From Octopus vulgaris (taxonomy: Eukaryota), in assembly GCA_951406725.2 (NCBI GenBank), contig OX597814.1, positions 56,730,001 to 56,794,000 on the forward strand: a stretch of DNA of 64,000 nucleotides, read 5' to 3'. A program made the translations under genes and the position numbers. Positions within the stretch are counted from its first letter, which is position 1. The number at the start of each line of letters is the position of its first letter. This document shows, piece by piece, positions 56,920-64,000 of the stretch. Under the pieces are notes generated by a model that saw nothing but the letters and a program-made list of their open reading frames with translations, was not told the origin of the DNA and made no database searches.

Positions 56920-58900
56920 GTTTCTCTCAAGCTATTCTCTACTGGCTTAAAAAAGGAGGGATACTTTATACATACACAATACATGAAGAAAAGGTCCTGA
57001 TATGCCTGGATGGGGCTGACCTAGAGTTAAACCACAACAAGAACAGGCATATGGGAATCTAGACACAACAGTTATTGTAAATAGCAATAAATGGTTGCAG
57101 TTAACTTGAGACACTGGTTGGTAACTTTGCCAGCCCAAATGTAGACTTACTCTGCCTGTATAAAGTGCACACACATGCACTTTCCCCCTCCTCTGTCTGT
57201 ACCTCTGGCATGCAGTCATATATGTTCTCTCTTTGACACATATATATGCTCTCTTTTTCATACACACAGGCATACTCTTCCATACACACATGCATACTCT
57301 CTCTTTCTTTTTTTCCATACACCTCTCATTCTCTGTCACACATGTACATGTTTTCTGTTTCTCATTTGCGCACTCACCAAACATATGTCCTTCTCCTAAT
57401 GTCTCTTTCTCATTTTCACACATGCACACATACTCATACTTAGACATTCTTTCTTTCCCTTCCTGTCATTTATTCATCATCTCTGTCTTTTTTTTCTTTC
57501 TCTTATATACTTATCTCCCAATCAAACTAATTCTTTTAATTTCAGAATCATGATGCCTTGCTGCAGATACTCTCCATCTTTATATTGATAATTACAATTA
57601 CCTTTTTCACATTTGATATTTAAATATTGATTCTGAACAAACTTTCTGTAAAGTTTTACCATAATTTCTTTTGAAATATAGTAGAATTCTTCTTCAACAG
57701 TGTGAAGAAATTTTGATCCAAGTGAACATATTTTTAAATATATTACATTAACAAAAACAATGTCTACATTTATTGTTACCATGTTTTATTGTTGCTCTGT
57801 AAGATGTTTCAATAGTTAAGTCATTATTGTCTCCAAGATTTAATTGGCTGAAAAATCAACCAATAAATACATGTTGCTACTACCTGGAAATTGAAATTGC
57901 TTGATATTTTAAGGATTGGGTTTAGTTGTGCAACTAAAATTGTGCCTGTTGTCTCTTATATAAGATGTTCTTTTTACTTTCTTCATTGAAATGATTTGTT
58001 GACTTGAATTATAATTAATGCAAGGCTATTGTTATCAAAAGTTTTAAACTTTTAATCTTACAACTACGAGTAGTGTTCATTATTTGAACTTACCTCTCAT
58101 TGCTCTGTTGAAAGTAAATGCAACTTGTACTTTTGTTAGTCAGAGGAAGGACAACAATTGTTTAAGATTTGCTCTGCTCTAATGATAAAAATTTTCTTAA
58201 ATAATCAACCCTTGTTAGCAAGAAAGACTCAATAGGATTTGAAAAATGAAAGTTTGCAAAATAGATTATAATTATATTTTCTCCACCACAAAAACATTTC
58301 TTTTACTATTAATATATAGAACATGCTGATGCCCATTGAACATTCTGAATAAGAGGTCTTACCAAGCCTTTTATTTAGGCCTAATTGGAATAAATATAAG
58401 TTAAGCTAGGAAGAATAAAAGATATTCTTTCAGAAATGTGGCACAAACGAATTACAAAATCTAATCACCATCAGTATAAGAGAACCAATTAATATCTTAT
58501 TGATATCTTTTGAAATCAACCTGCTCTAGATTGCTTCATTTTCTATGATATAAAACCTTTCTTTTTTAACTAGTTATGTTTAAATTAATTTTAGGTAAGA
58601 ACATTTTGTCCTTTCTGTTACTGTACCATATCTGTTAAAATTCTTAATTATTTTCAAAATGAATTGAAAATCATTGAAAGTATCTCTCTTTGGAAATCTG
58701 GTCTCACAAGGTTTAATTCAAACAACGTTCTAGAAATCTGTCTTGTTTTCATGATGTGTCAAAAAGTGAGTCTGTAAATTAGGGGTCAATAAGGAACCTT
58801 GCTCATGGAAATCTGAACATTGAACTGAATAAAAGCTCAAGAAGTGTGTGCAAATATATCTATATCTACACACACACACACACACATATATACACACACT

Positions 58901-60057
58901 AGGTGCTCTCCAGAAGTTTTGTGACTTTTTTCAGGACAGACATTTTTTAATTTCAGAAATGTATAAAACACCAGTCTCCTTTAAACTAGGATCCTCTGGC
59001 TTCAGTGTACTTGTAGCACTCCAGTTACTTTCTTCAAAATGGTGTCACAGACTCTTATCATAGCCTCCTTCATCTTCTTCAGTTTGGAGAACAACCAAAA
59101 GTCACAGGGAGCAAAGTTCCGACTGTAGAGAAGGTGGCAGACAGTTTTTATGCCCATCTTTGTCCAGTAGTTAATTACCCAAGCTCACAATCATGAATGA
59201 AGGCATGTGGTTCAGTGGTTAGAACACCAGGCTCCCAAACTGGGCCGTGTGTTGTGTTCCTGAGCAAGACACTTCATTTCATGTTGCTCCAGTTCACTCA
59301 GCTGTAGAAATGAGTTGCGACGTCATTGGTGCCAAGCTGTATTGGCCTTTGCCTTTCCCTTGGATAACATCAGTGACATAGAGAGGGGAGGCTAGTATGC
59401 ATGGGCAACTGCTGGTCTTCCATAAACAACCTTGCCCAGTCTTGTGCCTAGGAAGGGGACTTTCTAGGTGCAATCTCATGGTTATTCATGACTGAAGCGG
59501 GTGTCTTTACCCTTTTTAGTTACCTGGATGGAATTGTGAGCTGGTGCATTGTCTTGGTGCAGGTGCTCTGGTCTTTTGCAATATTATCTCTTCCCGTATT
59601 CCTTCAAAACCTCCACAAAATACTTGACTGATCGACAAGAGGAGCCCAGCGAATGTAGATGATACCCTTGTTGTCAAAAAAGGGGATCATCATAAAACTT
59701 CACACTGGGATTACTTTACCTGGCCTCTTGTGCCAGTGACAAACAGATGCATAAGCAGTATGGAGCATTTCACAAGTTTCTGTTGCAGTTTTACCCAGTT
59801 TAACCCAAAACTTGATTTCACTTTCAAATGGTCTTCACATCCCAATTGTATTCTGCAAACTAGTCAGCTATGACAAGCAGTTTTTAGTAGGTAGGGTGTG
59901 TTTAAAGTGCTGTTACAGTTGTTTCGTTCAATCTGGAATAACAAAAGTCAGCAGATCTGCTTATTAGATGTATAATAATAATAATAAAAATTACAATAAT
60001 CTACGACAGTTATTAACTGCCTCTCCTTAAAATGTTTCGAAACTTATGGAATGCACT
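58901..60057 (-). mobile_element. Internally deleted mariner remnant with nested SINE
   Basis: TIRs gtgctctccagaagttt / aaacttatggaatgcac; minus-strand YSRNFAPCDFW (YSPDLAPCDFW-like) at ~59095-59135. Confidence 0.65.
59198..59518 (+). mobile_element. tRNA-derived SINE nested in the mariner remnant
   Basis: A-box-like gtggttcagtggttag, cctgagcaagacactt body, T-rich end ctttaccctttt. Confidence 0.6.
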
Positions 60058-61734
60058 ATGTGTGAATGTGTATATGCAAAAGGGGATTTGTGAAATGTGA
60101 GCAATTACTCAGTCAGCGCTTTTGTGAATTCATAGTTAACAGGAGAAAGGAAAACAATGAAGTAAATCTAAAATATTCTACACAAACTGAAAATCCAGGA
60201 AATTTTTGTCAGTCACAGAGTATAACATAAAGCAAATCAGAGAATGAAGATATTAGTATCATATTTATTTGGTTGTTATCATTTTGATAACAGGCTCGGG
60301 GTAGATCAATCCTTTAACATGCATTTAATGATAATTGTTTGAGGTCATAATGAAATTGCAGGATTGTGTTTATTTAATATTGCATTAAGTTCTTATACAT
60401 GTTCCAGCATGTTAAACGATTCAATTACCTCAGCTGTTTTTTAATCCATCATAAACAGATAATGAATGTGATACTGCTATCTTTATCTCTTTATTTGTTA
60501 TGTATGTATATATTTATATTCTTCTTTATGCTATTGACGTTTTCTAGGAAACTTTTTTTTTTCCTTTTCATGAAAGAAATCATTGGTTACTGGTTAACAT
60601 ACATTGTTCAATCGACCATTTGATCAATTTCCAGTTTGACCAGCATTAGGAAAACTGCAATCTCTGGTTTGAAACAGCTGTCTTTCATAGCATTTAATGG
60701 TGTATGTAGGTCATTGAATTTAATATCATTCTATATTGATATTTTTACCCACTATGCCAAGGGCTGGATGGCAAAAATACATGTGGTATAGAGGTCACTG
60801 ATGTAGTAACACTTGATATTGCAAAAGTATGACAGTTGTCTGAAGCTTGAGACAGTGTAATACTAGTAATATGTTAGTAATTTTGGTGGCAACTTTCCCT
60901 ATGTTGGTCAGACTTGAAGTTGATGAAATGGTTGATGGGAGATAGTTGAGCACTGTGTTAACCTACAATTAATGATTTTTCTAATAAAGTTCCCTAGATA
61001 ATATCAGTTGCATAAAAAGAATAATATATATTTATGTATGTATGCATGCATGCATGCATGGTAAAAGGAATTGTCCTGTTTTATCTATGAGCGATAATTC
61101 ATTTGTATCAGTGTATCAGTTAGTCTTAGTGGGGAAATGATAATAACTTTTTCAGATTTTAGTTTTATCAGGAAGAGTTGTTCAGCTGTGAAACATTTGC
61201 TTTGAGGTTGTGTATGGAATACCGTATTTGCCAGCATATAAGTCACAATTTTTTTTTCAAAATATGTAAAAAATTGCCCACCATCTATTGTGGCTGTATT
61301 ATGGATGGGAGATCAAGTGTTGTGGCTAGGGACCCAAATGAACACAAGTCCACGAGGTACAATAATTGTTACTAATAATAAAATATTGAAATGTCACAGT
61401 CTGTTAGCAGAAATTTATGAAAAAATTGCTTATGGTACTTTGGCAATTTTGTGGAGAGGTTGTACCATTTCATTATACCTCCTTTCCCAGCATACATAAC
61501 CCATACTGGATATGTGTTTTACATTATTTAATAATCTGTTGCTTTTATCATTTACCTTTTACTTGTTTCAGTCATTAGACTGTAGCCATGCTGACCAAAA
61601 TATACACAGTTGATATGAAAGAAGATAAATCTGAAATATGATATTCACATAACATAGTTTATATACAGAAGACCTGCCCAACACAACAGAATTGAGATCC
61701 TAAAACTAAGGTGTCACATAGAAAGCATTGCATG

Positions 61735-61922
61735 GGTGCTGGTGCCATGTAAAAAGCACCAAGTATACTTTGTAAAGTGGGTGGTTAGCATTAGGAAGGG
61801 CATCCAGCCACAGAAGCCAAGTCAAAACAGACTAAAAGACCTGGTGTGGTCCCTGGCCTTGCCAGCCCGTTAAGCTGTCCAACCCATGGAAAATGGACAT
61901 TAAGTGTTGATGATTGATGATA
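61735..61922 (+). mobile_element. Degenerate RTE-type tail / SINE copy
   Basis: cattaggaagggcatccagc...ggacattaa...gatgattgatga. Confidence 0.7.
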
Positions 61923-63694
61923 TACATTAAATTTGTGGTTTCATTATATTGTAACAGAATCATACCTTTTTTACCTTATGAAACTGTTTTAAAATATCTT
62001 TCAATGAATGTGTGATGGAACAGACTAAATCTGTTTATATTTATTTTTGATTTTTCACAAAATATACTTGTAAAATAGGGTCGTGTCTCATCTAAGAGTG
62101 CCTCTTGTATGCTGGCAAATGTAGCATATAAATTCGCGAAACTATTCTATCTCAGTACCACAGCTGTGTAATCCTCCTGAAAAAGAAACAAATTGAAAGG
62201 TGTTAATATCTCTACAGAAAATTTGAGACCGGGGGGTGGGGTGGAATCGGGGAAGAAAATATTACTTTTGAATATGTAATTAGTATTTATACAGAGATTA
62301 GGTATATCTCAAAGAGGAAAGAATACTAAGCAACATTGTGCTTATTTAAAAAAAAAAAAATCTTGGAGAAATATTGACAATTTCAACCTTTCATGTTTAT
62401 GCAGTTATATGCATTCTCTCAAGTAGTGATTGTTTAACTGCTATCTCTTCCACAGATTTTTATAGCACTTCTTGTGATGCTGTTTAAGACACATTATGAA
62501 CTGTTCTCATATTTTTTTTTATTTCCCCCACTCTGTTGCTAGAAACCAGTAGAGGTACCAATTGGACTGGTCTTGCGATTAAGGTTAGTGCATTATTCTG
62601 CATGTTTCCAATTAAAAAAAAATATTGTTATTCTTTTCTTGTTCATGGTTTCATGCTGTATATTTTGTTCTTTTTCTTATAAAGCAATGAATTTGAAAAA
62701 AGACTCAGTTCTTTATTTGTTTGGCTCCATTCAACTATCTCACCTGTCATGTGTTGTCTTAACTTCAAACAATTTCAATAACTTATTACTATATTGTAGT
62801 AATATAGTAAAATCTGGAATTCAAGGAAATTGGTATGGTTGGTATTGAAGTTATACACTATCTATAACTCAGTCATTGATCTTTCCACTATAAAAGAAAT
62901 GTAACTGAAAACAAGTAACAAATCTGTAATGAGAAAGAATTTAAAAAAAAAAAAATTTTTTAATAAAAAAGTAGCAAACAATAATTGTGTGTGTATTTGT
63001 GTATGCCTGTATTAGCAAACGTGACTATTAAAATATTGTAATGTTATAGTTTCAGCTTGTGCATTATTTAAGTAACCAAATTTGTTGCTCCATGACAAAT
63101 GTTGGTTAAGATATTCTTTTATTTTTATCATTTATTTTATAGAGACCCATCTAACTATGTTCAGTCATCTGCAGACATCTAGGTTATGACTCACTATAAA
63201 GCTAATACTATTTTATTGTCTTATTTCACCTGTCCAATCCAGACAAATGCAAAATACAACAAAGTCAAAATAGCTAAAACTTTTATGCTTTCTTGCTGAA
63301 ACTGTATTAGTTGGCTTGCTCATTTCCACTATTGCAATCCTGGAATACAAATAGCCCAGACATCACTCTGAATACCAATGTAATTTAGTTGTTACCCTAT
63401 TTTCTATACCAGTGATTTCCAATGTGGGGCATACGTCCCAGCAATGAACCCTTGGAAAATTGTGGTGGAGCATGGGATCTAAATTTTTTTCCTTTTTTAG
63501 TGAGACATGGAAGTGTGAAAATCTTTTTTTTTTCACAGCAAACATACTAACACCTATACTTTTTTTCCAGCCACTGGTGGGACACATTTTTCTGGAAAGT
63601 TTTAGTGGGGTTTGGGGGGAAAAATAGGTTGGAAAACTCTTCTTTATTCAATGAAGCACTGTTTTACAGAATATATATACTGGACAGACAGATT

Positions 63695-64000
63695 TCATTA
63701 GCTGGAGGGTAGTGGGAGGGAACTACCCTTCTAGGAGAAGGAAAGATCCTAGTTCCAAGCCTCCACTGCCTTGCAGCCATACCTGACCACAGAAAAGGCT
63801 TCAAGAGTAAACCTTGGGGGAAAAATCAGGTGTTGGCGCCCCCGAGGCAATTTGATATTGTCTACAACCTTATTCTGGGAAGTTGTGTGATGACAGTGGT
63901 GCCATATTGCAATGGGTATGCTGTTCTTTTGGATCCATCAGCAACGTAGAGAGTGGGGACTTGTTGCATGGACAACAGCTTGTCTTCTGTACCATAATAC
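63695..64000 (+). mobile_element. Probable 5' UTR of an RTE (Expander/Rex3-like) LINE running off the window
   Basis: GC-richer stretch aggagaaggaaa...cctccactgccttgcagccatacc...aaaggcttcaagagtaaacc resembles RTE 5' regions as I recall them; not database-verified. Confidence 0.4.

Overview
AT-rich animal genomic DNA, not prokaryotic. The abundant (TA)n/(TATG)n microsatellites, RTE-type repeats with (GAT)n tails and tRNA/Deu-Nin-like SINEs suggest a coleoid cephalopod such as Octopus (inference). The window looks like long introns of a + strand host gene. I can support one 714-nt phase-0/0 Ser/Thr/Pro/Ala-rich exon (47063-47776) and one 27-nt phase-0/0 candidate microexon (8395-8421), but cannot name the gene. 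The rest is decayed transposon material: Penelope-like elements, RTE and CR1/L2-type LINE remnants fused tail-to-tail, Tc1 and mariner elements, a Merlin/IS1016-like element, a Helitron helicase fragment, five copies of a TTAA-flanked MITE, and many SINE/LINE tails. The most unusual structures are: a ~2.1-kb inverted-repeat element in TA repeats with a hammerhead-ribozyme-like motif in each arm; a ~295-bp near-perfect palindrome; and two local template-switch-like rearrangements (a fold-back in Tc1 and an inverted Penelope RT copy beside a gap). All long YIYI/CVCV ORFs are microsatellite artefacts. Coordinates of decayed repeats are approximate, identities are by eye, and no database search was run.
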